From Felis catus (taxonomy: Eukaryota), in assembly GCF_018350175.1 (NCBI RefSeq), contig NC_058368.1, forward strand, positions 211,484,001 to 211,548,000: DNA of 64,000 nucleotides, written 5' to 3'. The notes below the pieces were generated by a model, which worked only from the letters and a program-made list of their open reading frames with translations, made no database searches and was not told where the DNA came from. This document shows positions 1 through 13,110 of the stretch, in pieces. The translations under genes were made by a program, and so were the position numbers. Each line of letters begins with the position of its first letter. Positions within the stretch are counted from its first letter, which is position 1.

Positions 1-49
1 CCAGAATGTAGATATCACTGAAATCCCATGATTTCTATTTTGGTGGTAC

Positions 50-156
50 CTTCCATTTTTGTCCCTGGAATTTACGTCTGCTCCATGATCCAGGAGAAAG
101 CGACAGACCTCACTGTGGCCACTTTGTACTGCAAGAAGCAGTGGTATATTCCCATC
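50..156 (-). CDS. RAI14: RAI14 coding exon, 107 nt: [35 protein letters not shown](R)
   Basis: Acceptor tttgtctcctag|GAT, donor AAG|gtacca. LLDHGADVN ankyrin motif; phase 0 to 2. Confidence 0.97.
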
Positions 157-299
157 CTAGGAGACAAATGTAGATTGATTTTAACTACGATCCTAAATGC
201 CAGAATTGCCTTGTTCTTTGTACATTTTATTCCTGAACTGTCCTGCCACCATGACAGTTTGTGTCCCAATAGGGCTGCCATGACATCTCAGCACAGCAC

Positions 300-707
300 T
301 TTTTTTTTTATTTAAATTCAAGTTAATTAACATACAGTGTAGTATTGGTTTCAGGAGAACCCAGTGATTCATCACTTCCATATAACACCCAGTGCTCACC
401 CCCAACAAGTGCCCTCCTTAATGCCCATCACCCACTTAGCCCATCCCCCCACCTACTCCCCTCCAGCACCCCTCAGACTGTTCTCTGTATTTAAGAGAGT
501 TTCTTATGGTTTGCCTCTCTGTTTCTATCTTATTTTTCCTTCCCTTCCCCTATGTTCATCTGTTGTGCTTCTTAAATTCCACATGAATGAAATCATATCA
601 TACTTGTCTTTCTCTGACTTACTTCTCTCAGCATAACACACTCTGGCTCCATCCATGTTGCTGCAAATGGCAAGGTTTCATTCTTTTTGATCACCGAGTA
701 ATATTCC

Positions 708-759
<52 letters not shown>

Positions 760-905
760 AATCTTCTTTATCCATTCATCAGTAGATGGGCATTTAGGCT
801 CTTTCCATAATTTGGCTACTGTTGATAATGCTGCTATAAACATTGGGGTGCATGTGCCCCTTCCAATCAGCACTTTTGTATCCTTTGGATAAACACCTAG
901 TAGTT
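300..905 (-). mobile_element. 5'-truncated carnivore LINE-1: ORF2 C-terminus, 3' UTR and poly(A)
   Basis: Minus-strand translations TCTPMFIAALSTVAKLWKEPKCPSTDEWIKK and EYYSVIKKNETLPFAATWME are L1 ORF2 C-terminal motifs; poly-T at about 300. Confidence 0.92.
709..758. repeat. (AC)25 microsatellite inside the L1
   Basis: Read directly. Confidence 0.95.
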
Positions 906-1339
906 CAACAGACCTCTTCTTAAGGAATTGCACTGACTCTTAGCTTTTTCTCAGGAACCTCAGCCTCATGGGCTGCTTTTTCCCTTCAGTGACCAACCCT
1001 CAGTCTGGCAGCGACATGACAGAGAGTGGAACATCAAGTATGTAAAGGCTCCAGGCAAGCATATCATGTTTACTGGGGGATGGCTTTGAAGAACAGGAGG
1101 ACTTGTTTCCACAGGGCAGCAGTTGGTCTGCTGCCCTCCAAGCAGCTTCTTCCAAGCAAACTACACGCATCCTACCATCCATTCTACTATTCCCTTGCAA
1201 AGTACATGCTTTCATAACCTTACAAGTACCAGAATGGAACATTAAGAGTTTGCCTATTCTTGGCACATGACTAGATAAAGATCAATGGAAAGAATCATTT
1301 AATATGACAATTGGCAATCCTTTAAAACAGTGCTGTAGA

Positions 1340-1560
1340 GGGGCACCTGGGTGGATCATTCAGTTAAGCATCTGACTTCAGCTCAGGTCATGATCTCGTG
1401 GTTCATGAGCTCAAGCCCTGCATCAGGCTTTGTGCTGACAGCTCAGGGTCTGGAGCCTGCTTTGGATTCTGTGTCTCCCTCTCTCTCTGCCCCTCCCCTG
1501 CTCATGCTCTGTCTTGCTCCCTCTCAAAAATAAATAAACATTAAAAAATTTTTTTTAAAT
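1340..1560 (+). mobile_element. CAN-SINE, followed by a short old L1 3'-end fragment to about 1655
   Basis: tRNA-derived head ggggcacctgggtgg, CT-rich region, aataaa/A tail. Confidence 0.9.
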
Positions 1561-2631
1561 GATGTTGAATCACTATGTTATATACCTGAAGCTAATATAA
1601 CACTGTACGTTTATTACACTGGAATAAAAATAAAAATAAAGTAAAATAAAATAAGAAAATGAGATCCCAACTCATACACAAACCATGTAAGGTGATGAAG
1701 AATGTAAACATTACAACAGAAAAAACGTGAAAAAATACTAGAAGAATACATAGGTGACTATTTCCACAATCTTAGGGTGAAGGGGTCCTAACTCAAATGA
1801 TACAAAAGCTTCAAGAGAAGCTTGTATTCTGCTTATTCCTTGGAACATACCTTCCAAATGCAGTTAATAGTAACTTTTAAGGTAGATGTATTCAAGTAGG
1901 CAAAGGAAAAAAAATAAATTACAATATGTCCAATTATTTTGAAAAATACAATTGCTGCTTAAAGATTAAGTCTCCTTTTAAAATAGAATTTCAGACACAT
2001 TTCTAAAAAATTATCTCTGCGAAGTTATAATACTTTCTGGTTATGAACTACTGAGATTCAGGGAGTAGGAATTTATCTACAATTCTATACACTCACATAA
2101 CAATATTCCCATTAGGTATAATGCATGCATAGCATATAATTTCTATGCTATGGCAGGAGATTTAAACTTGCAGCCAGGAGTGACTGGCATGTAAATTTAT
2201 TCTCAGAGTAGCCCAGCAAGGTTAAACAGGCTAGAAGTGGTTTTCAGAGTTGGGAAATCCTAACCAGGAGTACCCAAGATGATACACGGGAAGTTAACAG
2301 AAATGACAGAACTTCTATTTAGACTTATTTCTTCTAAAAGTCAAGAAATTAAGCCTTATTAATACATTTAGGTTGATGGCAGATGACCTGAGAAACAAAT
2401 GTACACATCAGGAAGTGCATGTCACAAAATGTCTTCTCAATGTGTCATTAAATTCAGAGACCAATAGAGATAATACTTGGATCCGTTTTGCAGAAGAGGA
2501 TCTAGGTTGAAACGCATTAGACTTTCGCCAAATGCTGAGGTCTCTAAACGTCTTAGTGACTCGCAGAGGTAGCCCACAGCGCTCTAGACGCCAGTGTGCA
2601 TCTCCACATCTAGCAGCTGCCGGATACTTAC

Positions 2632-2702
2632 CAAATCCTTGAGGTTTATGGGGCTTTTGTGCTCGCAAAGAGCCTGCACAGCTTGAAGGCAGCCCTGTGC
2701 CG
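2632..2702 (-). CDS. RAI14: RAI14 coding exon, 71 nt: (A)[23 protein letters not shown]
   Basis: Acceptor tttccttccctcag|CG, donor TTG|gtaagt; phase 1 to 0. Confidence 0.97.
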
Positions 2703-3434
2703 CTGAGGGAAGGAAACAAAGACACAGCCCGTCACACAGGGGCTCTGACCAGCAGGGGCATCACACGCACCCAGGACAGAGAAGTTCGTGTTCCACCCAG
2801 TTTGCTATGTTATACTAGCTGCACTGAAGAGAAGTCGTATCCGGAAGGTTAAGTAAAGTGCTCCGAATTAGTGTTACATTTCAATGTTAATTTCCAGACC
2901 TAGAGCCACTGTCTGCCAGTTGCCTTTGTGCAAATATTTGGTTTGGCATTTTGTAGGACTTAGCTTTGCCCCAGCTAGCACTAATAGAAATTTATAAATC
3001 TCATCACTCCCTGAGCTCGGTGTTGACGTTTTGTTACTTGGGAGCCGTGTGACAGATAATGACAAGATAGTAAAACAGAACACTGAGAAATAAAATGGGA
3101 GTTTCTTTTGATCCCCAAATCAAAAAAATCTGTATCACATATTACATGAAATCTCTAAATGCTTATGAAAATCTCTTAGCTTAAACAAGAAACTTACATT
3201 AATTAAAATATAATAACCATGGCAATTTTTACAGTTTGGCAGGCAACTGATGAATTTTAGATGTGTTCCCTGATAAAACCCTACACATTTTGCAAACTGA
3301 GGGAGACAGAAATTCCAGGAATGATGACAGACAACAGCCTCAGAAATAAAATGGTAAAGAAAATGGCTTGAAAGGGGAAAAGGATAACTGAGTATTTCTT
3401 ATGGCAGAAGGATCAGTAAGAGAATGAAAGTCAC

Positions 3435-3492
3435 CTGCATAATGTAAAGCTGTTTTCCCAGAGCTGTCCACACTTCCGGCTGGGCATTTTGA
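3435..3492 (-). CDS. RAI14: RAI14 coding exon, 58 nt: SKCPAGSVDSSGKTALHYA(A)
   Basis: Acceptor ttttttgtcttctag|TCA, donor CAG|gtgact. GKTALHYA ankyrin motif; phase 0 to 1. Confidence 0.97.
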
Positions 3493-3829
3493 CTAGAAGA
3501 CAAAAAATAAATAAATACACATAATAAACATTCCGCTCTGTTGAGTTCATCCTTTTCCTGCAAGGTTGTGATGTGTCTTATCAGGAAGAGAATAAATATG
3601 AATAGGCCCCAATGGCTGTGCTCCAGGACCTACAGTCTCCCATGGGGAGGGGAGCTCTTCTCCAAGTAATCGGGACCCAGGCAAAAGGTCGCCTCTTGGC
3701 TGCATTGGCCGTCCTGTCCTCCCTCTCACACTAGCATCCCATCACCGGCAGCTGACAGATACGCTCCAGGCGTTCTCATCTTGGTCCCGTCTTTCCCCCC
3801 ACATTTCCTGCCTAATCCTCTAGTCCCCC

Positions 3830-5215
3830 TTCACAAAACCAAGTTCCTGTAAAGAACTGCCCACGTGCGATCCATGCTGCCTTGCTTCCCACTCGTTTCC
3901 AAACCCACTGCAGTTGCGTGCTGTTCTCCAGACTCCACAGAGATGGCCCCACAGTCACCAATAACCTTCGTGTTTCCCACGACAACAAACATCTGTGTCC
4001 TCCTCTTACCGCAATCCACCCCCTTCTCCAAACAGTCCTTCCACTTAGCTCCTAGAGCCCATACTAGCCTGGTGTTCCCACTACTGCTCAGGCCACTCCC
4101 CCTCCGTAAGCCAAACACAGAATGTTGGGGTTCCTCGGTGCTCTCCTTCTTGGTAATCTCATTCATGCCCGTAGCTTGAAATGTCATCTAAAGGCTAAAG
4201 ACTCAAATGTGTACCTTCGCAATAACACACCTAAGTACATATTAGCTATTACGCACTGGGCACTCTTCATTGTTTTAAGGCTCCTGATAATGCTAGACAC
4301 TATTATCACTCCCATCTTCCGATGGGGAAACTGAGATACAGAGAAGGTGATAATTTGCTCAAGTCACAGGACATGGCAGAGCCAGGATTCAAACCCAGAT
4401 GCGCTGGGCTAGAGCATATGTTCTCAGCTGTACGCAACGTCATCTCCGAGCGCCTGGCTTGATAACCGCTGCCTTTTCACACTTCTGCTCTGATGTAAGC
4501 ACCTCAAATGCAACCGTCCTAAACTTCCACTGAGTCACCTTTAACTTCTCCTCCTCCTCTTCCGCCATCTAATTCACCACCATGTCCTGCCAATTCTGTG
4601 ACCTAAACATACCTGGTCTACTCTTTCTTTCCCCATTACACCACCCAGTCTAGGCCAGCATCTTCTCATGCAGACAGCTGGGGCAGCCTCCTGGCGGGCT
4701 CCACAGCTCTGCTCTCGCCTCTATTCTCTATACAACTAGAGTGATCTTTTAAAACTGTGAATACCAGTCCTTCCTTAAAAGCCCTCCACAGTTCCATGCT
4801 GCGCTCAGAGGACTTATGGCCTGCCTGCCATGACACACAGGCCTGCACTCCATGCCCTTCTTTCTCCTCCACGCTCACTCAGCCCCAGGCTTTCTTTCCT
4901 CCCTGACCAGTGCCTTTCCTACCCGAGGCCCTCTGTACTTGCTCTTCTGTCTGCTTGGAATGCTTTCCCCTTGGCTCTTTCCAAAGTTCTCGGCTTAAAT
5001 ATCACCTCCTCCACGAGCCCTTCCCTGATCGTTCACCCCACACCCATCTCTCTCAGTACTTGGTCAGTTTTCTTCTTGATGTGGTGCAATTTGTAACATG
5101 CATTTGGGGACTTGTTTACAAGATTGCAAGCTTCATCAGGATAAGGGATGCTCTGCTTGTGAAAATATACTCAATGCCGGACACAGGGCACGGTGTCCAG
5201 GAAGCACTTGTTAAA
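3830..5215. mobile_element. Degraded L2 fragments with a MIR at about 4250-4430
   Basis: MIR core gatggggaaactgaga...ggattcaaacccag; L2-like motifs such as gtgatcttttaaaa and tgcttggaatgctttcccc. Confidence 0.55.
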
Positions 5216-5556
5216 AGTGGGGGGGGGGGGACTAGTGGGCTATCAGGGGAAGAGGAGAGTTCATTTGAATTTGAAGAATCTCACAAGGGTCTGTTTGCGC
5301 TCACTGCCTTGAGGAGGCAAACTTTAAAACGGTAGCCACTGGAGAAGAGAAGAATCTCCAGCAGACAGATAGTAAGAGCAAAGGCCTAGAGAGCTCAGAG
5401 AAAGGATCCAGTGCAGAGAGTGAGGGAGGGCGGGAGGCAACAAGGGTCACATCACAGAGGGCAGAGGATGCCAAGACAGAAGCGAAGAACTGGTTGGAGA
5501 GGTCCAGGACCCAAGGAAAGCGACCCATTAGGAGGACATCAGAGCCTCAAGGTTTT

Positions 5557-5753
5557 AGGAGCGCCTGGGTGGCTCAGTAGGTTGAGCGACCGACTTTAGC
5601 TCAGGTCACGATCTCACAGTTTGTGAGTTCGAGCCTCGTGTCGGGCTCTGTGCTGACAGCTCAGAGCCTGGAGCCTGCTTCGGATTCTGTCTCCCTCTCT
5701 CTCTGCCCCTCCCCTGCTCATGCTCTGTCTCACAAATAAACATTAAAAAAAAA
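5557..5753 (+). mobile_element. CAN-SINE with degenerate TSD
   Basis: SINE head, body and tail; flanks cagagcctcaaggttt and caaagcctcaggttt. Confidence 0.92.
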
Positions 5754-7154
5754 TTCAAAGCCTCAGGTTTTAACAACTATTCAGAAAGAAGAACAGCAAG
5801 TCTGCAAGTTAGAGGCAAGAACAGGCAATGTTAAGAGTGAAATGTCTGTCTGCCCTTCAGTGGTAAGAGGAACGGAGATCAAGTTACGACTTACCATGCT
5901 TTGGCCTAATTTTAGAATAGCACAAGGAAGTGTTTAAAGGCTTCAAAGATTCCAGAGAAAAACCAATCCATTTGCATAACCAGATATAAAATTACATTAG
6001 AGGCTAGAATATCTGGTCCTTGCCCATGAGGATTTCCAGCCTGTCAAGTTCATTCTTCCTGAAAATCAGAGCCAGATGCAAAGCCTGGATAGCCAAGCCA
6101 GAATGAGAACAGAGATTTAAGATACAAATAAGTTAAAAAAAAAAATTAAGGCAAGACCAAGGGTATGGAGGCAGTGCACTTGGGCAAGTCCATGATTGTC
6201 ATTTATTCAAGGTGCCGGGCCTCAGAGAAAGCAGGGAAGTTCTACTTTAATTGTTCTCAGAGAGGAGCCTCATAATAATAATAAAAATAATAATAATCAC
6301 AGATGTTGATCTATTTTTCTTGAATTTCACTTCAAAGGCCTGTTAAGGTTTGCATTCCTGGCACTGGTGGCAGCTTGCGTCACATAACGCAAGACAAGAA
6401 GCTGTGTGACCAACAGAGCAGGACAAGTTGAAGAATGTGACCACATTTCTGCATTAGAATCGCAGAGCCAAATTAAAGCAAGATGCTGGGTCCCTCACAG
6501 TGCCTGTGAAGGCTGAGACAACAGCTCAACAGAAGAGATAGCACTCCAAACACATATTTTATGGCTCTGTGCTGTTCCTGAAAACAACCAGCTTGCACGC
6601 TGACTGGCAATGGCTGGATGTTACAATATGGGCCGCTACTGGGCTTTCATTAAATATTCATCTTTCAAGATTTACAGATGTTGTCCCCCTAAGCGATCAT
6701 TATAAACTGGCCAGGTTATCAAACCAGGGAGTTCGCTTCAAATTATAAAGGGGAATAAAACCAAGAACCTCGGCAAAAAACTAAGAACTAAAGACACATT
6801 TAAAGTTACACACAAGGAAATAAAGGTTGAAATTTTGTTTCTCAAAAAGAGTTGTGTTCTACCAATGACTGAAAGAAAAGCTATTAGGATACTGGAGATC
6901 CTATATTGCAAGGATCTCCAATCGCATGAAAAACAGTTTTTAAACTGATAATGTAAAGGCTACAAGTCTCTCAGAAAAGGACGCAAGGAGCTGATAAAGG
7001 CAAGAAAAAGGCTGTATCCCAGGAAGACACTCCAAATTCTGATGAGGATCTTCTTCCCTATCAGTGCCATTGCTATGGAAATAATCTTTTCCTTGGCTGT
7101 CATTTAAATTGTGATGCTTCTTAGGAAACCCAGGTTCTGGGATGGTATTTAAGG

Positions 7155-7156
<2 letters not shown>

Positions 7157-7198
<42 letters not shown>
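7157..7198. repeat. (GT)21 microsatellite about 85 nt from the 65-nt exon donor
   Basis: Read directly. Confidence 0.95.
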
Positions 7199-7202
<4 letters not shown>

Positions 7203-7282
7203 CTTTCACAGATACAGTTACTGTTAAATTTAAAAGATGACATAATTTTAAAAATTTATAATTTTAAGTTGTTCCATTTTAC

Positions 7283-7347
7283 CTGAAGGAGCTTCCTGAT
7301 GCATTCGTGGTGGCTGTTCTTGGCTGCGAGGTGCAAGGCACTGTGTC
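7283..7347 (-). CDS. RAI14: RAI14 coding exon, 65 nt: (G)HSALHLAAKNSHHECIRKLLQ
   Basis: Acceptor atccatttag|GA, donor CAG|gtaaaa. Ankyrin ALHLAA motif; phase 1 to 0. Confidence 0.97.
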
Positions 7348-8403
7348 CTAAATGGATTAAAAAAAATCTTGGAAAAAGAGGCCACACATTTTAAATCCCT
7401 TTCTTATCTCTGTGACAAAGACAACTATGAGGAAATAAACTGTTCTCCAACAAAGGCAGAATTGTTACTCTTGGTAAGGTCTCAGCTTCTTATCTGTAAA
7501 GTTCAGTGTGACAAACGAGCAGAGGACACAGAGCATCCTGCCCACTGCATAATATTCAGGGTCTACTCCAAGTGCCCTTCTCTTGGGGTGCTATTAAACT
7601 CTGAGCTCAAAGCTGGCAGGTGACTCATGATACACAGCTCGGTTCTGCTTTCAGCGGTCCCCATGCATGCCAAACGTCCTGCATCCACCCCAGCCACACC
7701 AGGCTACGACTACCACAGGCCCAGGAACCCAGGAAAGGCCACCTGTACACCAGCTGAGAACATCCTAAACACCCATCACTTAAATCCCTAGTTTTGGCTT
7801 TTCATTTCCCTCTCCTCCAAATGTCCTCCAGCCCCTGCACGGAAACTACCTGGAGTTTTCAGATATTCAAAGTCCTTATGTGGAAGAAGGAAAAGAGTGG
7901 TGAAAACAATAATACACTACTAAAGTCGCATTTCTTTACGTTCCCTTCAGAGAATATGACCCTAACATAACGCACTCTGATGTTTCAGCAGTCAGCTTTA
8001 GGAAATCCTAGTGCTGTACCCAACTCTCTCCACAGCCTAACGGGCCTAGAGGATTTCTAAGGAAGAGGGGTTTGGGGGCAGCTTCTGGGCAGAAGGTATG
8101 GCTACCAGCCCAGGAGGCTCCCATCTGAGGCCCCTCACCACCTCGCTGGACCCTGCGCTTAGCCTGGATTCTCTTCCTCCAGGATCACCACACAGCTTGC
8201 TCCCTCACCTCAGAGGCAACTGAAAGAGTGCCTTGTGAAGGAGGTCTGCCCTGACCTCCCCTTTTAAAATTCCCATTCCTCCGCCGCCCTTTTAATCTTC
8301 AATCCCTGCTTCATTCCTGCTCTTCATAGCACTGAGCACCTTCCCACACTCCTTTCCACCCTACCCCACTCTACACAATACACATACACAATACACACAC
8401 ACA

Positions 8404-8405
<2 letters not shown>

Positions 8406-8454
<49 letters not shown>
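8406..8454. repeat. (AC)~24 microsatellite within an L2-like 3' remnant
   Basis: Read directly. Confidence 0.92.
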
Positions 8455-8456
<2 letters not shown>

Positions 8457-8777
8457 TTATGGAGCTCGTTTTTCTTTCCCCACTAGAATATGAACTCACT
8501 GAGGACAGGAAGTTCTGTCTCATTCCCTGCTGTGTCCCTAGTCCAGCACTGATGATGCATCATAGGCTCTTACTACACACTTGTTAATTTGAATTAGAGG
8601 GTATGCTCATTTCAAAGGTCTGGGGAGGAGGTTTAGGGGCAGAGGACCAAAGCTGCCCCTGCCAGCCAACCCAGAGCACATGGTAAACTCTTAAATCCTC
8701 CGTTTCCCAAACTTTTCGGCCGAGATGTGCCGAATGTCATACCCGTAAACAACCCATACGTTGGGACATGCTTCAAG

Positions 8778-8993
8778 CATGGTTTCAGTCTGGGTGCTAT
8801 CGACATTTTAAGCCGTGAGTGTGTGTGTCTGTGTGTGTACGTTGAGGGAAGGGAGGTTGTCCTATGCATTTTAGGTTATTAAGCTGTACCTCTGGCCTCT
8901 ACCCTTTACATGTCCATTTGTGATGATCGGAAATGTCTCCAGACATTGCCAAATATCCCCTGGGGGCAAAATCACCCCAGTTGAGAACCACTG
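8778..8993. mobile_element. MER20-like hAT-Charlie fossil
   Basis: aaatgtctccagacattgccaaatatcccctgggggcaaaatcaccccagttgagaaccactg matches the recalled MER20 end. Confidence 0.8.
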
Positions 8994-10224
8994 GCTTACA
9001 GAAACAATTTCTTTCATATGGTGGTCCAGTCTCCAAATATCATTTCTCCTTTTTCAAATAGTCTTCAATCTGTAACATGGACTGGGAACCTTTAATTATT
9101 AGAGAATCATACAGCTAGGAAATACCATATTTAAAAATTAGAGGATTTTAGGATCACAGTAAGCTGCACAAAAGCATGTGTAAGGTCAAAAGATCAGACT
9201 CCTTCTTTTCTGAGACCAGCTGCACTGAAGGATTTTAAGGGTATGCGTGAGGGGGGGTTGTTTAGGTGAAGCAGAACACAGAGGCAGGAACCCCTCCCAA
9301 ACGGATGAGGATGAAGAAGGTCGGAAGTAAGGCCCTTGGAAGTAGGAAGACAAATATCTTCTCTTCTCCTTCCTCCTTTAACTTCCTGAGACCCTCCTCT
9401 TTCCGGGATGTATAATGCATAATAGTATCAGTTCGGTTACAGGATGCATTAAATAGGCTTTGGTGCGCTAGCCCGGCCCCCAAGCATCATCTGTACCAGT
9501 GTTTCTAAGGACAAACACGTTTTCAGTTTTAAACAAATGCCTTGCAGATGAACTTTTGGAAGCCATCCTGATTGTAAGTAGAAGACTGTTTATGTCATGT
9601 ATACAATGCATTAGCTTTTTGTCTCTGCTGTGGACAAAAGCTGTTCTACGTAAAGAGCACCCATTGGAAAAAGACACAATTCTCCAAAGACGAGATGGTA
9701 GGGAGATTTAAACAACCCAGCAGAAAATAAACAATAGGGTTTCATTTCATTCCAAGTGTTCTACTCATACCTGGAAGTAAGTGCCGTGTTTCTAAAGAAA
9801 CACAATTCTTTTATTCCCTGGCCCTGAGCTATGTTTTCCTGAACCGGGAGCACAACAGTATTTTCAATTAAAACATTCTCAAAACCCAAATAATGTGTCA
9901 TGCCCTGGACATTACACCGAAGTGAGATGTCTCTTACTGTTAATGTTAACACAAAATTCTCTTTCCAAAAGCAAAAATTTTCTGGAGAGAATACATTGTA
10001 TTAGTGGCAGAATCTCAGTGTAATGAGACAGTGCATAAGTCTGGCCCCCATTCAGCTATGGATCTGTCTGGAATATCAGGAAACAATTCAAATAACATGG
10101 CAACTCTAATTCAAGTGCATTCCAGCAGAACTTTGCCTGTGAGTAAAAAGACCAGTGTTATTTATGTCAAGGGTTGTGGGCTATAACAGGTAGTGTAAGA
10201 AACCTATTGTTGAAAGAGAGTCTA

Positions 10225-10592
10225 GGGGCACCTGGGTGGCTCAGTCAGTTAGGCATCTGAGGTCGGCTCAGGTCATGATCTCATGGTTCATGAGTTAGAG
10301 CCCCTCGTGGGCTCCACGCTGACTTTGGGGAGCCTGCTTGGGATTCTGTCTCTGACCCTCTCCTACTCAAGTTTGCATGCGTGTGCTCTCTCTCGCTCAA
10401 AATAAATAAATGAACTATAAAAAAAAAAACATTAGAAAAAGCTTTAAAAAAAAAAAAAAAAAGAAAGGGAGTCTAAAAAGGATGGCTCAGGGGTGCCTGG
10501 CTGGCTCAGTCAGTAGAGCATGTGACTCTTGATCTTGGCATCATGAGTTCAAGCCTTACTTGAGGTTACTTTAAAAAAATAAAAATAAAAAA
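10225..10592 (+). mobile_element. Two CAN-SINEs: 10225-10462 and a short older type at 10490-10592
   Basis: Two SINE heads with A tails; TSD-like aaagagagtcta / aaagggagtcta around the first. Confidence 0.88.
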
Positions 10593-10976
10593 TACAAAGG
10601 ATGCCCAGACATTCTAGCCATGGAACACTTTCCCCCAAACTACCTCAGACAATAACCATTTATTCAATTCTTTAAGATCACTGGAGAAAATGGAGAAGAA
10701 TCAGCTAATTTAATAGAGGAATTACTGATGTACTCTTCAAGTATATGTGAAAAAATCTGAAAACAAGTCAGAAGACACATACAGGGCTAACAAATACCAA
10801 AGGGTGAAGTCTGAAAAATTGCAGTTTTAGATCCAAATATAAAAACATTTAGAAAAATAAAGAGAATTAAACAACATTCAACTACATAAGATTTAAAACA
10901 TTTTCTTAGAAATCAGAGTTTCAGAATGCTGACTATATTTAAACAATAGAAGTATAAATTTGGTTCTTATTTACGA

Positions 10977-11213
10977 TTTTTTTTTATTTTTTTAAAAATT
11001 TTTTTTTCAATGTTTTTTATTTATTTTTGGGACAGAGAGAGACAGAGCATGAACGGGGGAGGGGCAGAGAGAGAGGGAGACACAGAATCGGAAACAGGCT
11101 CCAGGCTCCGAGTCATCAGCCCAGAGCCTGACGCGGGGCTCGAACTCACGGACTGCGAGATCGTGACCTGGCTGAAGTCGGACGCTTAACCGACTGCGCC
11201 AACCAGGCGCCCC
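10977..11213 (-). mobile_element. Young feline SINE (SINEC_Fc-like)
   Basis: CpG-intact body nearly identical to five other copies in the window; acgatttt on both flanks. Confidence 0.93.
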
Positions 11214-12837
11214 AACGATTTTAAACATATTTAAACACCATTATCCTTAGTAATCCTCATTTTCTTTTCATCAAATTTTCATCACTGAAGCACAAGTCTG
11301 TTTACCTTGTTATAACCCCAGGAGAAGACCCAAGAATGAAAGCCGTATTAGTAACCACTACTGTAACAACTAAATAGTTATGGAATTACCCTTAGTCTCC
11401 CCAGTATATATGTGTATAGTGTTCTTTAAGGAATTAAAAGGCTTTTTTTGCATGTGTGTATATCACCTGAAATATTTTCACACCCATGTTATGCTGATCA
11501 TTGCATATGGCTGACCCTTCTTACTGCCTATACACGAGTCAACAGCAAGTGCGAAACTCATACGATCGTTTTTTCTTTATCCGAAATGAAAATAGGAAAT
11601 ACGTTTTATTGGCTATAATTTACAGTTTAAATGACCCATTGTCAAAGTATCTGAGTTTTAAGATGAATATTACCTTTCATATCTTTACATGGCATCAAAT
11701 TCGAGTGGGATTAGGGGCATAATGGAATGGAAGTCCACCTTGAAATCCAAACAAAAACTAAACCAGTCCTTGGAAACCGCAGAGAGAAAAGTCAGGGTTC
11801 TCAAGCATTCCGTTCTGAGGACTATGCATTATGATGTTTCCGTACCTCAGTTCTCGCTCTCCTAAGTCCCTCTTCTATGAGAAAAGATGTTGTATTAGGA
11901 AGGTTAAGTGTGCAAAGGGATGAGAGAAAATTTAAAAAATGGGTGTGAAATACAAAGTGCACATTCTCCTCCAATCTCTGTTTCTACTTGCTTCTACAGC
12001 AAAACCTTCAGCATTTTTAACTGGACAAATTGCTGCCCAGAATTCCCAGCTTCCCGTAAAGCTCAGTGTGGCCCCAGATCCCACTCTGTGCTGTGAGGTC
12101 TGAGTGTGTGTCACTCATGGGCCATACTTGCCCTGCCCCTGGCTGCTGCTGAGATGCAGATCCCAAGGAAGCCATCTTGGGCTATTAGGACCACAGCAAC
12201 ACCCTGGATGGCGGAGTCTGAATCCCTCACGGTGTGGAGCCAAGCTGCCATACCAATTTGGGACTTTCAACTGACAGAAAATTCTATTTGTTGAAGCCAC
12301 TCTTATTATGGTATCCTGTCACATTGCATCAAATGTATACACTCACTAATCAAGGGTGTGTGAAAGCCAATGCTTTGTAGAAGCATATTGGTAAAAACAG
12401 AAGATTCTTTGGTCTTCTTCAATCTTCCGTTAATGCTTCTGTTTAATCCCGTCTCATACTCCAGGGTGCTAAATGCAGGCACCACCACTCCCCACCCTCC
12501 AAAAAAAAAAAAAAGCCTAGAAGTCAATTTTACTGTTTGTCTGGGAGGAGTGTTTTCTAAAAAAGCAGCCAGAAATGCCAATTCTTACATCGGTGAAGAA
12601 CAAGAGCAAACACAACAATGAAAGGATGTTAGACAAATAACGTAGGTCCAGTTCAGAGATGACACAGTGAGCTTAGAAGCCAACTTTCCCATGTGACCAC
12701 TATATACTGGTATTGCCTGGCAAACAGGTGATTAAGGAAGGGGGAAAACCCTCAAAACCAAAAACCTGTTATGAGCTTCTACCAGTCTTTGGGCTTTCTT
12801 CTTCTGATTTGTACAACGAGAGCTGTTGGCTTGGTGA

Positions 12838-12874
<37 letters not shown>

Positions 12875-12892
12875 ATAATAATAATAATAATA

Positions 12893-13110
12893 AGGGTGCC
12901 TGGGTGGCTCAGTCGGTTAAGCCCTGGACTTCAGCTCAGGTCATGATCTCACAGTTCGTGGGTTCAAGCCCCGCACTGGGCTGTGCTGACAGCTCAGAGC
13001 CTGGAGCCTGCTTCAGTTTCTGTGCCTCCCTCCCTCTGCCCCTCCCCCACTCGTATTCTGTCTCTCTCTCAAAAGTAAACATTAAGAAAAATTAAAAAAT
13101 AATAAATAAA
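12893..13110 (+). mobile_element. CAN-SINE preceded by an A~30/(ATA)n tract (12842-12892)
   Basis: SINE head, body and tail read directly. Confidence 0.9.

Noticed and set aside
593..933. L1 ORF2-like ORFs as an active retrotransposon
   Set aside because: Only about 600 bp, 5'-truncated and disrupted by a (TG)n expansion.
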